A stretch of DNA of 62,738 bases from an uncultured Acidimicrobiia bacterium (GCA_964496205.1 CAZBXV010000006.1:1-62738); one strand, 5' to 3'. Positions 8,662-17,946 are shown, counted from the stretch's first letter. Program-made: numbers and translations. Notes: generated by a model from the sequence alone, not told the origin.

Positions 8662-9595
8662 GCGAGTCGTAGATCTCCTGACGATCCACGGACACGGGGA
8701 GTGGACCGACGGTCTGCAGCTTGCGTTCTACGACCGCCCGTGCAAACAGCAGGCTGCGTTCGAAGTCGTTCCCATCGAGTGTTGCGACCAGAAACCCGGC
8801 CAGAAACGAGTCGCCTGCGCCGGTCGCATCCAGCACTTCGACCGGGTTCGTCGGCACATGGAACCGTCGAGCGCCATCCGACGCGACCACACCGTCGGCT
8901 CCCATCGTCAACGCCACCATGTTGGCGCCCATCTCGTGAAATCTGTCGATGTACTCCTCGGGTTCGGCGGCATCATCGAAGAGTCGATGGCAGTCATCGA
9001 TCGATGGCTTCGTGAACCAAACGTGTGCCATCAACGATGCGATGACCTCCTGTGCCTCTCGTCGACTGGGCCAGACGATTGGGCTGTAGTTCGGATCCAA
9101 GGTCGTGAGCCGCCCATCCTCCTCCGCCATCCTGAACGCTTTCTCTACAGCGGCCCGTTCAGGCTTTCGAGAGAGCGCAAACGCCGTCGAATGCACCACC
9201 TTGGCTCGGTGTAGTGCTCCCGCGGGGACCTCTTTCGGGCTGAGCCTCGCGTCTCCGGCCCGAAAGGCCTCGAAGTCGGGGGTTCCGGACGTCCGGGCAA
9301 CGAACACAACGGACGTGTGAACCTTGTGATCCATCACCAGGTACTCGATGTTCACGCCGGCGGAAAGCAGCTGGGCCCTGATGAATGAACCGAACGCGCC
9401 GATGCCGACCTTCGCGATCACCGCGCTCGATCCACCCAGCTTCGCGACATTGACCGCCACGTTCGTCGGTGCGCCACCCTGATGCCGCCGAAACACCTCG
9501 GCGTCCTGGAGGCCGGGAGCCGCTTCCTCCGACACGAAGTCGATGACCGCCTCGCCGATCGTCAATACGTCGATGTCGCCTTCTGGGATCTTCAT
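8654..9595 (-). CDS. PfkB-family carbohydrate kinase
   Basis: GGAPTNVAV, LDPNY, DATGAGDSF signatures. Confidence 0.9.
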   Translation of the reverse strand: MKIPEGDIDVLTIGEAVIDFVSEEAAPGLQDAEVFRRHQGGAPTNVAVNVAKLGGSSAVIAKVGIGAFGSFIRAQLLSAGVNIEYLVMDHKVHTSVVFVARTSGTPDFEAFRAGDARLSPKEVPAGALHRAKVVHSTAFALSRKPERAAVEKAFRMAEEDGRLTTLDPNYSPIVWPSRREAQEVIASLMAHVWFTKPSIDDCHRLFDDAAEPEEYIDRFHEMGANMVALTMGADGVVASDGARRFHVPTNPVEVLDATGAGDSFLAGFLVATLDGNDFERSLLFARAVVERKLQTVGPLPVSVDRQEIYDSLT

Positions 9596-9681
9596 GGCAG
9601 GCAAGGGTAGTGCTCACGGAATCAGCGAACAGCTGTTCAGTCATCTGGCCATCGGGACGCGTAGACGATGCCGCGCAGCAT

Positions 9682-9716
9682 CTGAGGACTGATAACTGAA
9701 GACTGACGACTCACCG
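9682..9716 (+). repeat. Tandem 7-bp repeats (CTGAnnA x4 plus one degenerate unit) upstream of ferritin
   Basis: ctgagga ctgataa ctgaaga ctgacga ctcaccg. Confidence 0.7.
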
Positions 9717-9750
9717 CTCTCCTACGATGGAGAAAACAAAGGAGGCACCC

Positions 9751-10257
9751 GTGGCGATGAGCGCCGAACTGGAAAAGGCATTCAACGATCAGATCACGCT
9801 CGAGTTCTCATCCGAGTACGTGTACATGCAGATGGCGGCCTATTTCGAGCATCAGGACCTGCCGGGGTTCGCCCAGTGGATGCGGCTCCAGGCGGCGGAG
9901 GAGCATGCACACGGTTTGAAGTTCTTCGACTTCCTGCTCGATCGTGGCAATGTCGTCGAACTCGGTCCACTTCCGGCTCCCAAGAACGACTTCGGGAGCA
10001 CCGTCGAGGTGTTCGAGGCATCGCTCGCCCACGAAAAGAAGGTGACCGCTGCGATCCACAACCTCTACAAGCGATGTTCGGAGGCAGAGGAGTACCAGGC
10101 GCTGCCGTTGCTCCACTGGTTCATCGATGAGCAGGTAGAAGAGGAGTCATCGGTTTCGCAGATCGTCGAGCGAGTTCGCAGGGCGGGCAGTGACGGAGCA
10201 GCGTTGCTGTTCTTGGACCGTGAACTCGGCGAGCGGGGAACGACCGCCGAGGGTTAG
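9751..10257 (+). CDS. ftnA: Non-heme ferritin
   Basis: FNDQITLE, QAAEEHAH, FIDEQVEEE ferroxidase residues; AAGGAGG SD before GTG. Confidence 0.92.
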   Translation: MAMSAELEKAFNDQITLEFSSEYVYMQMAAYFEHQDLPGFAQWMRLQAAEEHAHGLKFFDFLLDRGNVVELGPLPAPKNDFGSTVEVFEASLAHEKKVTAAIHNLYKRCSEAEEYQALPLLHWFIDEQVEEESSVSQIVERVRRAGSDGAALLFLDRELGERGTTAEG

Positions 10258-10877
10258 GCAAGAAGCAGCACCGACCACGCCAGGAGAAGCTGAGCCCCGT
10301 AGTAGAGGGGCAGCCCCCATACTCGGTTGACGAAGCCTGCCGCGACGAATCGATCCCTGGCGACTGAGAGATCCGACAGGTAGAACGCGCCTGCCGCAAC
10401 GATGACGAGGGGTACGCCGGTGCCTATCGCGACGGACAACATCACCGAGATCACCAGGATGTACGCGGCCACCGCAGCCACCATCTCGTGTTCGAGATGG
10501 GGACGGAGCCAGACGAACACGAGTGCGCCGATGACCGCAACGATGCCTGCGGCCACCAATGTTGCTCGGGCATCGCTGCCGAGAATCCCAAACGCGACGA
10601 CATATGCGACGTGTCCGAGGAGGAAGGCGACCAGGCCTCCCACGAACGCGGTCCGCGACGCTCCGAGAAGCAGCACATCACCGACTGCACCGAGTGCGAG
10701 ACCGAGGAAGATCCAGGACCCGTACGTGGTGTCGAGTGCACCGGCGGTGAACCCAACTCCGAGGAAGCCGGCGGAAGCCACAGGCTTGGCGAGGTTGCGG
10801 AGTGTTTCGTTCCCTCGTTCGCCGACCAGCAGCACAAGAAGGGCCAACAGCGTGATTGCCGTGAACACCCACGTCAC
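10254..10877 (-). CDS. Lysoplasmalogenase / YhhN-family membrane protein
   Basis: AKP, GAVGDVLL, AFLLGHVAY, FYLSD, LYYGAQ motifs; multi-TM. Confidence 0.85.
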   Translation of the reverse strand: MTWVFTAITLLALLVLLVGERGNETLRNLAKPVASAGFLGVGFTAGALDTTYGSWIFLGLALGAVGDVLLLGASRTAFVGGLVAFLLGHVAYVVAFGILGSDARATLVAAGIVAVIGALVFVWLRPHLEHEMVAAVAAYILVISVMLSVAIGTGVPLVIVAAGAFYLSDLSVARDRFVAAGFVNRVWGLPLYYGAQLLLAWSVLLLA

Positions 10878-11992
10878 AGTGCACCCACCACGTGCTCGGC
10901 CACGATCCGCCACGCGTCGGAGCGCTCATCGATCAGCTCCATGTGGTCGACACCTGCGAGTTCCAACAACTCGATGGGGTCACCGGCCGCCGACGCGGCC
11001 TCCGCGTAGGCGCGGCCGTACGAGACGGGAACCGTCTCGTCGTCGGTGCCGTGGACGATCAGTTGAGGTACACCGATCGGCAGCAGCGAGCGAGGTGACG
11101 CCGGTTCAGGAGTCGCCCCACCGAGAAACGCGTCCACGGCCCCGGACCCAAGGTCGTCGTCGACGGCCGCGATGAAGTCGGTGACACCGGCCATCGAGAC
11201 GACGAGATCGGGGATTCCTGTTCGGTATGCGGCGGCCAGTGCCAGCTGCCCTCCCGCCGAATGGCCGACCACCACGATACGATCGAAACGACGGGCCGCC
11301 ACCTCGAGCGCAGCTGCGACATCCTCGACCGTCTCGGGCCAGCCTCCCCCCGTGCCAACCCGACGGTATTCCACGTTCCAGCTGGCGACACCGCGATCGG
11401 TCAGATCGACCGCGAGGCCATCCATCAGGTCCCGCTTCCAGTGGTGGCGCCAGAACCCGCCGTGGACGAGTATCACCAGCGATGCAGCCCCTCCTTCGGG
11501 CATACGCAAGTCGCCCGTCTGGTCGGCCACGTCCCCATAGGGGAGCGTTTCCGGTGGCATCCGATCGTCGAACCAGAGCTTCCTGATCGCCCACCGGTAC
11601 CCCTCGTGGCCCCGCCCATAGATCGCAGTTCGACACGCGGGGGCGGTCACCGAGACCCTGCGCCAGGGTTCGCGTTCGAGGATGTTGGAAATGTGGACCT
11701 CGACCGTCGGAATACCGGTTGCTTCGATTGCATCTCTGATTGCGTAGGAGGTGTGTGCGAACGCTCCCGGATTGATCACGATGCCGTCGAACACGCCGAT
11801 CGCGTCGTGGAGGCCGTCGATGATCGCCCCTTCATGGTTCGACTGGAACGCACGAGTCTCGACACCCAACTCCTCACCCCACCTCTTGCAGGACGTCACG
11901 AGATCATCGAGTGTGGCTGTTCCATACACCTCCGGATCCCTGGTTCCGAGGAGGTTCAGGTTCGGGCCATTGACAACGAGCAGGCGTCGCAT
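10874..11992 (-). CDS. aroQ: Type II 3-dehydroquinate dehydratase fused to a C-terminal alpha/beta hydrolase (esterase)
   Basis: N-half NGPNLNLLG.R.PEVYG, QSNHEG, INPGA, VEVHISN; C-half HGGFW, GHSAGG, HGTDD..VP, DH; one ORF. Confidence 0.88.
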   Translation of the reverse strand: MRRLLVVNGPNLNLLGTRDPEVYGTATLDDLVTSCKRWGEELGVETRAFQSNHEGAIIDGLHDAIGVFDGIVINPGAFAHTSYAIRDAIEATGIPTVEVHISNILEREPWRRVSVTAPACRTAIYGRGHEGYRWAIRKLWFDDRMPPETLPYGDVADQTGDLRMPEGGAASLVILVHGGFWRHHWKRDLMDGLAVDLTDRGVASWNVEYRRVGTGGGWPETVEDVAAALEVAARRFDRIVVVGHSAGGQLALAAAYRTGIPDLVVSMAGVTDFIAAVDDDLGSGAVDAFLGGATPEPASPRSLLPIGVPQLIVHGTDDETVPVSYGRAYAEAASAAGDPIELLELAGVDHMELIDERSDAWRIVAEHVVGAL

Positions 11993-11996
11993 GTCG

Positions 11997-12740
11997 TCAG
12001 GCTATCGACGAAGGGACATGCTGTGCCACCAGATCGGCAGCCAGGGCGAGCGTGTCCGACCCAATCGTCGCGCCGGTGAGGTCGTGGTGGTTGCGGAATT
12101 CGGCGAGAATCGCCGCGTGCACGTCACTCAGGGTGGCACCGGTAGAGGAGAGGTCACCGCTGGTCGACGGATCCCAGTCGAGTCCCAGGGCCTCATACAC
12201 CGGGATCAGCACTTCCGCGATGCGATCACCGCCTTCAACAACGACCACGCCGCCGATGTGAGCGGCGCGCGAGACAATGCGCTGGCCAACACCCATCACC
12301 TTGCGGTCTCCGCCAACATTGACACTGTACGACCCAGGGCAGTACTCGCCCGGCACCTCGCCGACTCGGGCGTCGGCGCCAAGTGATCGGAACGCGTCCT
12401 TCATGATGCCGGCGACGAGCTGGAAGCGGTCCATGATGCCGGCACGCGGATCGTCAACCGGAACGGCAACGGAAAACGCCAACGTGCCTTGGTGGAACAC
12501 GGCAGCTCGTCCACCTGCGAGACGCTCGACTGGGGCGTATCCGTGGGCGCGAGCAGCGGCAACGGCGGAAGAGTACCCGTCGGTCACAACGTCCTGGCGG
12601 CCGAAGGCCACAATCGAGCCCGGTCGGTGAAGGCGCAGCGAGGAATCCATCTCCCCACGGGCCACCTGGAGGAGCAGCGCGTGTGAGACGGCGGTGTCGA
12701 ACGCAGGGGGGTCTGTGAAGTCCGAATCGAACAGCAGCAC
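11997..12740 (-). CDS. Lipoate-protein ligase A / LipL-like octanoyltransferase family protein
   Basis: ERLAGGRAAVFH, GEVPGEYCPGSYSVN, KVMGVGQR. Confidence 0.8.
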   Translation of the reverse strand: MLLFDSDFTDPPAFDTAVSHALLLQVARGEMDSSLRLHRPGSIVAFGRQDVVTDGYSSAVAAARAHGYAPVERLAGGRAAVFHQGTLAFSVAVPVDDPRAGIMDRFQLVAGIMKDAFRSLGADARVGEVPGEYCPGSYSVNVGGDRKVMGVGQRIVSRAAHIGGVVVVEGGDRIAEVLIPVYEALGLDWDPSTSGDLSSTGATLSDVHAAILAEFRNHHDLTGATIGSDTLALAADLVAQHVPSSIA

Positions 12741-12828
12741 GAGGCAAGTATCTCATGTAGCAACGGCGACCGGCGAAGTACACTGGTGAGTCCGGCGGCA
12801 GGGCCGGCCGTCGGAAGAATGGAGATCC

Positions 12829-14085
12829 ATGGCAGCGGTGAGCCGCCACGAACGATTGCTACGTCTCTTCGAACGCGGCATGCGGGGCGGAATGGCAGCG
12901 GGCATCTTCAGGATTCGCTTCGAAGATGAGGTCCTGCGTGGGGACCGGATCACAGTCCAGGGTCACGAGCTCATGAACTTCGGCACCGCATCGTATCTCG
13001 GACTGAATCTGGATCCCCGTCTGAAAGCGGGTGCGATCGATGCCGTCTCGAGGTATGGGCCCGTGTACTCGTCCTCGACGGCGTTCACGGCGGTTCCGCT
13101 CTACACGGAGCTGGAAGAACGACTGGGGCGCATGTTCGGCGGACACGTGGTGGTGGCGCCGACGACGACGCTTGCCCACATGGCCGCGCTACCTCTTCTG
13201 ATTCCGACCGGATCGGACGTGTTCATCGATGCCCAGGCACACGAGTCGCTCAGACTGACCGCCCAGATCGCCAAAGCTTCCGGTTCAATGGTCAGGTCCG
13301 TTCCCCACAACGACATGGATGCGCTCGGGGAGGCGGTAGCACAGTCGGCGACAGAGGCGGTCTGGTATCTGGCCGATGGTGTGTACTCGATGTTCGGCGA
13401 CTTCGCTCCCGTGAAAGAGATCGACGCGCTCCTGGATCGGTTTCCGACGCTTCATGCGTACCTCGACGACGCCCACGGGATTGGGTGGGCGGGCGAACAC
13501 GGCAAAGGCTACGTGCTGAGCCAGGTGCCGGTCCGTGACCGGATGATCGTCGCGGGCTCACTCTCGAAATCCATGGGCGCTGGAGGAGGAGTCCTCGTGT
13601 TCTCCGACGAGACGACAGCGCTTCGGGTCAGGACTCTCGGGGGGACGATGACGTTCTCCGGACCTCTGCATCCCGCCGAGCTCGGAGCTGCGATTGCGTC
13701 GTCAGACATTCATCTCTCCGACGAGCACGCCGAGCTCCAAAGCCGCCTGTACGAGCAGATCGCGTACACGCGACGGCTGCTCGAGCAAGCAAGGCTTCCG
13801 GTCATGGCCGCGGCCGACACGCCGATCTGGTTCGTTCGAATCGGCAAGATCCCGGAAGGCATGGAGATCGTGAACCGCCTTCAGGCGGATGGCTTCAACC
13901 TCAACCCTGCCGCCTACCCGGCCGTTCCCGTGGGGCATGCCGGTGTGAGGTTCGCGAACTCCCTCTACCTTCCCAGCACGGCATTCGACGACATGATCGA
14001 GGCGTTGACCAAGCACATGTCGGAGGTGCTCGCAGAACCGGACATCGTGATCGATCTGACGGACGAACACGCTCCTCATCTCTGA
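12829..14085 (+). CDS. PLP-dependent alpha-oxoamine synthase family enzyme (BioF/SPT/CqsA-like)
   Basis: NFGTASYLGL, HND, DGVYSMFGD, DDAHG, SLSKS (PLP Lys), TFSGPL. Confidence 0.85.
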   Translation: MAAVSRHERLLRLFERGMRGGMAAGIFRIRFEDEVLRGDRITVQGHELMNFGTASYLGLNLDPRLKAGAIDAVSRYGPVYSSSTAFTAVPLYTELEERLGRMFGGHVVVAPTTTLAHMAALPLLIPTGSDVFIDAQAHESLRLTAQIAKASGSMVRSVPHNDMDALGEAVAQSATEAVWYLADGVYSMFGDFAPVKEIDALLDRFPTLHAYLDDAHGIGWAGEHGKGYVLSQVPVRDRMIVAGSLSKSMGAGGGVLVFSDETTALRVRTLGGTMTFSGPLHPAELGAAIASSDIHLSDEHAELQSRLYEQIAYTRRLLEQARLPVMAAADTPIWFVRIGKIPEGMEIVNRLQADGFNLNPAAYPAVPVGHAGVRFANSLYLPSTAFDDMIEALTKHMSEVLAEPDIVIDLTDEHAPHL

Positions 14086-14122
14086 GCTTCAGGAATCGGC
14101 GGAATCTGCCGATCACACCTAT

Positions 14123-15820
14123 GTGCAAGGGATTCTGAAGACGTGGCGCTCGTACCCACCGTGGGTACGGTGGGCGGCCGAGCTCGTGATGGCCGTGCTG
14201 GCCGGCCTGGCTGTGACATCGTTCATATCCCCGGCCGTCGCACCCACCGTCGGACCTGTGGGCCTGCTGGTGGGCGGATTCAGCTCAGGTGTCGCGTTCA
14301 TCGTGGGTGCGAGGGGCATGGACTCCAGGGAGCGGCTCTCGTGGACGCTCATCGGAGTCGGGTTGCTGCTCGCAGCGACGGGTGTGGTCGCGTTCGGTGT
14401 CGTATCCTCGATCACCCAACTCGCGGCGTTTGGGCCCCCTGACACCCTGTTGCTTCTGGGATACGGGGTGGGCATCGTTGGTTTCACACTCCTACCGCAG
14501 GTGGCTACGGACTGGTCGGAACGTCTCCGGGTGCTTCTCGACGGGCTCATCGGTGCCGTTTCGGCGGGCGTCATCGCCTGGCTCCTCGTGCTGGGTGATC
14601 TCCTCGGGAAGCTCCAGGGCTACACCGCCTGGGATCGTTGGGCGGGATCCGCTTACCCCATCCTCGACGTCGTGGCAATGGTTGCCATCATCCTCGTCAT
14701 GCTGCGTCGAAGCACGTACCGATTCGACATTCGGCTCGTCCTCGTCGCGCTCGGATTCGTTGCACAGTCGATTGCCGACGTTGCCTACCTGAGCAGCGGC
14801 GTCGGCCAGACATTCGAGCAAGCACGGCCGTTCTTTGCGATGAACATCACGGGGCAGATCTTCTTCTTCGGGGCGGCCATGTTGGTTCCACTGAAGCCGG
14901 AGCGACGCGAATACGCAGACAGGAAGGCTCCACTTGCGGCGCTGTTCGCGCCCTACGGCCTCGCGCTCTTGATGTCCGCGCTCCTGCTGGTGCGCATCTT
15001 CGAGCGAAGCACCAATTCCGACTTCTGGGCACTTCTCTGGGGCACCATCGCGGTCGGCGGAATGGTGATGGTGCGCCAAATGGTGTCGATCCAGGAGAAC
15101 CGAGCGCTCGTGGAGCGTCAGCGGACGGCTCTGATCTCCTCCGTTTCCCACGAGCTGCGCACTCCGTTGACCGCGATCGTCGGTTTCCTGGACGTCCTTG
15201 CCGATCAGGACGCCGTGGCACCCGATGAGCGAGAAGAGATGATCGGGGTGGTGCGCCAGCAAGCGCACTACATGGCGCGGATCGTGTCCGACATCGTGTT
15301 GCTGGCTCGGGACGGACTCGAGAGTGTGGAACTGTCCCCGACGAATGCTCGGCTGTCCCGATTGATCGATTCTGCGCTCGTCGGCATCGATCGCAATGGG
15401 TACCACTTCACGGTCGAACTCGAAAGCGACCCGGTCGTCTACGTTGACCCCCAACGTCTTCAGCAGATCGTGGTGAACCTCGTCTCGAACGCAATGCGGT
15501 ACGGCGGCGGGCGAGTCGCAATCAGAGGCCGATCTGACGACGGCACGCTTGTCATCGAAGTGCATGACGACGGACCAGGTGTTCCGACCCGTTACGAGTT
15601 CGCCATCTGGGAACGGTTCGATCGGGGGCCACACCGTCTCGACGCGACGCGTCCAGGATCCGGTATCGGTCTCGCGGTTGTCCGCGCCGTGGCGAGAGCC
15701 CACGGCGGTTCCGCCTCGTACCGGCGTTCCGACCTGCTGGGTGGATCGTGCTTCTCGGTGCAGCTACCCCAGAGAGTTGTCAAGAGCATCAGCGGCCAAA
15801 GGAGAAGGCGCCTCGCATAG
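14123..15820 (+). CDS. Multi-TM sensor histidine kinase (no adjacent response regulator)
   Basis: Long N-terminal hydrophobic region; SHELRTPL H-box, NLVSNA, DDGPG, GSGIGL. Confidence 0.9.
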   Translation: MQGILKTWRSYPPWVRWAAELVMAVLAGLAVTSFISPAVAPTVGPVGLLVGGFSSGVAFIVGARGMDSRERLSWTLIGVGLLLAATGVVAFGVVSSITQLAAFGPPDTLLLLGYGVGIVGFTLLPQVATDWSERLRVLLDGLIGAVSAGVIAWLLVLGDLLGKLQGYTAWDRWAGSAYPILDVVAMVAIILVMLRRSTYRFDIRLVLVALGFVAQSIADVAYLSSGVGQTFEQARPFFAMNITGQIFFFGAAMLVPLKPERREYADRKAPLAALFAPYGLALLMSALLLVRIFERSTNSDFWALLWGTIAVGGMVMVRQMVSIQENRALVERQRTALISSVSHELRTPLTAIVGFLDVLADQDAVAPDEREEMIGVVRQQAHYMARIVSDIVLLARDGLESVELSPTNARLSRLIDSALVGIDRNGYHFTVELESDPVVYVDPQRLQQIVVNLVSNAMRYGGGRVAIRGRSDDGTLVIEVHDDGPGVPTRYEFAIWERFDRGPHRLDATRPGSGIGLAVVRAVARAHGGSASYRRSDLLGGSCFSVQLPQRVVKSISGQRRRRLA

Positions 15821-15844
15821 ACTCTCGCACGACAGGAGGAAAGC

Positions 15845-17005
15845 GTGCGATACGGAGTCATCGGGGCGGGCCGCCAAGGCACTGCAGCGGCGTACGACAT
15901 GGCCAGGTGGGGTGATGCGAACCAGATCGTGCTCGCCGACCGGGAATTGGATGCAGCCACCAAGGCGGCACGTCGGATCAACACGCTGGTAGGGAACGAG
16001 ATGGCCACTGCCACCCGGATCGATGTTGCCGATCGGGAGAACCTCGTTGCACTCCTTCATCCCCTCGATGCCGTCCTGTGTGCAACCCCCTACGCGCTCA
16101 TTCCTGCTTGCACGGCCGCCGCGATCGAAGCCCACACGGGGATGGTGGACCTGGGCGGGCACACACCCACCGTACTCGGGCAGTGGCAGCTCGATCCACG
16201 AGCGAAGGATGCCGGGGTCGCCATCGTTCCGGACTGCGGGATGGGGCCCGGTCTGAACAACACCCTCGCACTCGCCGCCGTCGAGACGCTCGAAGCCATG
16301 GGGGCGGTCCCAAAGGAAGCACGAGTGTGGGACGGCGGGCTGCAACAGCACCCCTCGGGGCCCTTCGGCTACCACCTGCTCTTCAACATCGAGGGACTCA
16401 CCAATGAGTACGACGGCATGGCGCTCGTCCTGAGAGATGGTGAGGTGCGGGAGATCGAGACGCTGACCGAGCTCGAAACACTCGAATTCGATGAGCTCGG
16501 GACACTCGAAGCATTCGTGACCTCGGGCGGCACCTCAACTGTTCCATACAGCTACGAAGGAACGCTGGATGTGTATGAGAACAAGACGCTTCGGTATCCC
16601 GGTCACCTGGCCGCGTTTCAGGCGTTTCGCGATCTCGGACTCTTCGGACGCGAGGGGCTGAACGTCGGTGAGGCAACCGTTGTGCCACGCGATGTGTATC
16701 ACCAACTCCTTTCGCCCCGACTCCAGGGTGGCGATCCGAGGGACGTGTGCGTGATGCGGGCGGAGGCATCAGGGGAGCGAGACGGTGTAGCCGTGCGCGC
16801 GGGTTTTGAGGTGATCGATCGCTACGACGAGGAGACGGGATTCCTCGCCATGGAACGTCTCACGGGGTGGCACGCCGCTGTCATCACCGAGATGATCGCA
16901 CGAGGAGAGATCTGCCCTGGTGTGCACCCACTCGAGCGAGCGGTGTCGCAACGTCACGTGCTGAACGCCCTGAAATCGAGGGGCATTCACATTGTCGCGA
17001 CGTAG
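15845..17005 (+). CDS. Saccharopine dehydrogenase / lysine 6-dehydrogenase family oxidoreductase
   Basis: GAGRQG Rossmann, DCGMGPGL, GLTNEY, KTLRYPGH, AMERLTG. Confidence 0.85.
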   Translation: MRYGVIGAGRQGTAAAYDMARWGDANQIVLADRELDAATKAARRINTLVGNEMATATRIDVADRENLVALLHPLDAVLCATPYALIPACTAAAIEAHTGMVDLGGHTPTVLGQWQLDPRAKDAGVAIVPDCGMGPGLNNTLALAAVETLEAMGAVPKEARVWDGGLQQHPSGPFGYHLLFNIEGLTNEYDGMALVLRDGEVREIETLTELETLEFDELGTLEAFVTSGGTSTVPYSYEGTLDVYENKTLRYPGHLAAFQAFRDLGLFGREGLNVGEATVVPRDVYHQLLSPRLQGGDPRDVCVMRAEASGERDGVAVRAGFEVIDRYDEETGFLAMERLTGWHAAVITEMIARGEICPGVHPLERAVSQRHVLNALKSRGIHIVAT

Positions 17006-17156
17006 CTCCCTGAACCTGCCATATTCGTGCCGGGCGTAGGTTTGAAGTCGGTGTACCAGGAGGTTGCGATCGTCGCCCGGCTGTGGGTCGATAGGGCCGT
17101 TCGGCCCTGCTGTCAGGGTCCAATGCCGACTCTGCCGCATCAGTGGATTAGTAATC

Positions 17157-17183
17157 TGCAGAGTGTGCAGAGTATGCAGAGAG
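17157..17183 (+). promoter_or_regulatory. Three tandem 9-bp direct repeats (TGCAGAGnn), candidate operator
   Basis: TGCAGAGTG TGCAGAGTA TGCAGAGAG, ending about 30 nt before the HTH_17 regulator start. Confidence 0.65.
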
Positions 17184-17214
17184 CGGAACGATCGGTAGGT
17201 GTGACGTGGCAGGC

Positions 17215-17946
17215 ATGCTGACATCGCACGACCTCCAGGATCTTCTCCACGTTGACCGGTCGACGATCTATCGGATGGCCGAATCCGGGCGCCTTCCCGC
17301 CATGAAGGTCGGCCGCCAGTGGCGCTTCCCCGAAGAGGCGATTCGCAGGTGGTTGGCCGGCGACACGGAGACGACCCCATCGACACCGAACGGACGCGGC
17401 GACCTGCCCCCGTCGCTGAAGCCGGCGCTGGACGTGATCGCCGAGATGCTGGGCGTCATGCTGGTCGTGAGCGACATGGACGGTGTACCGCTCGCGGACG
17501 CCTCGAATTCCTGCGGTCTCTTCGACGTCGTTGCAGCCATGCCTGGAGGGGTCGATGAGTGCATTGCCGGATGGCAGGAACTCGCCGGTGGCAGTGATAT
17601 CGATCCTCGTTTCACGGAGAGCCACCTCGGTCTCGAGTGTGCACGGGCGTTCGTGCGCAACGGAGCCGAGTTGACCGCGATGGTGATCGCCGGCGGAATC
17701 GCCCCGGAGTGGTGGCCACCGAGCGATGAGGAACTCGCCACCATGGCATCGAGCTTCGGTGCGAGCGGATCGGATCTCTCGCCCCATCTGGACGAGGTAC
17801 ACACGCTCGATGACGAAGGACGGCAGCGGGTGATCGACATGTTGCCCAGGGTCGCTTCGATGATTCCCGAGATGACGGCCGAATACCGATCGATGAAGGG
17901 CAGGCTCGACGCGATCGCTGCCCTGAGTAAGGAGCTGAACGCATGA
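17215..17946 (+). CDS. Transcriptional regulator: excisionase-like HTH_17 plus PocR-type sensory domain
   Basis: LTSHDLQDLLHVDRSTIYRMAESGRLPAMKVGRQWRF; C-part D.DG.PL..SN.CGL...CIAGW...SHLGLECA PocR-like pattern. Confidence 0.8.
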   Translation: MLTSHDLQDLLHVDRSTIYRMAESGRLPAMKVGRQWRFPEEAIRRWLAGDTETTPSTPNGRGDLPPSLKPALDVIAEMLGVMLVVSDMDGVPLADASNSCGLFDVVAAMPGGVDECIAGWQELAGGSDIDPRFTESHLGLECARAFVRNGAELTAMVIAGGIAPEWWPPSDEELATMASSFGASGSDLSPHLDEVHTLDDEGRQRVIDMLPRVASMIPEMTAEYRSMKGRLDAIAALSKELNA

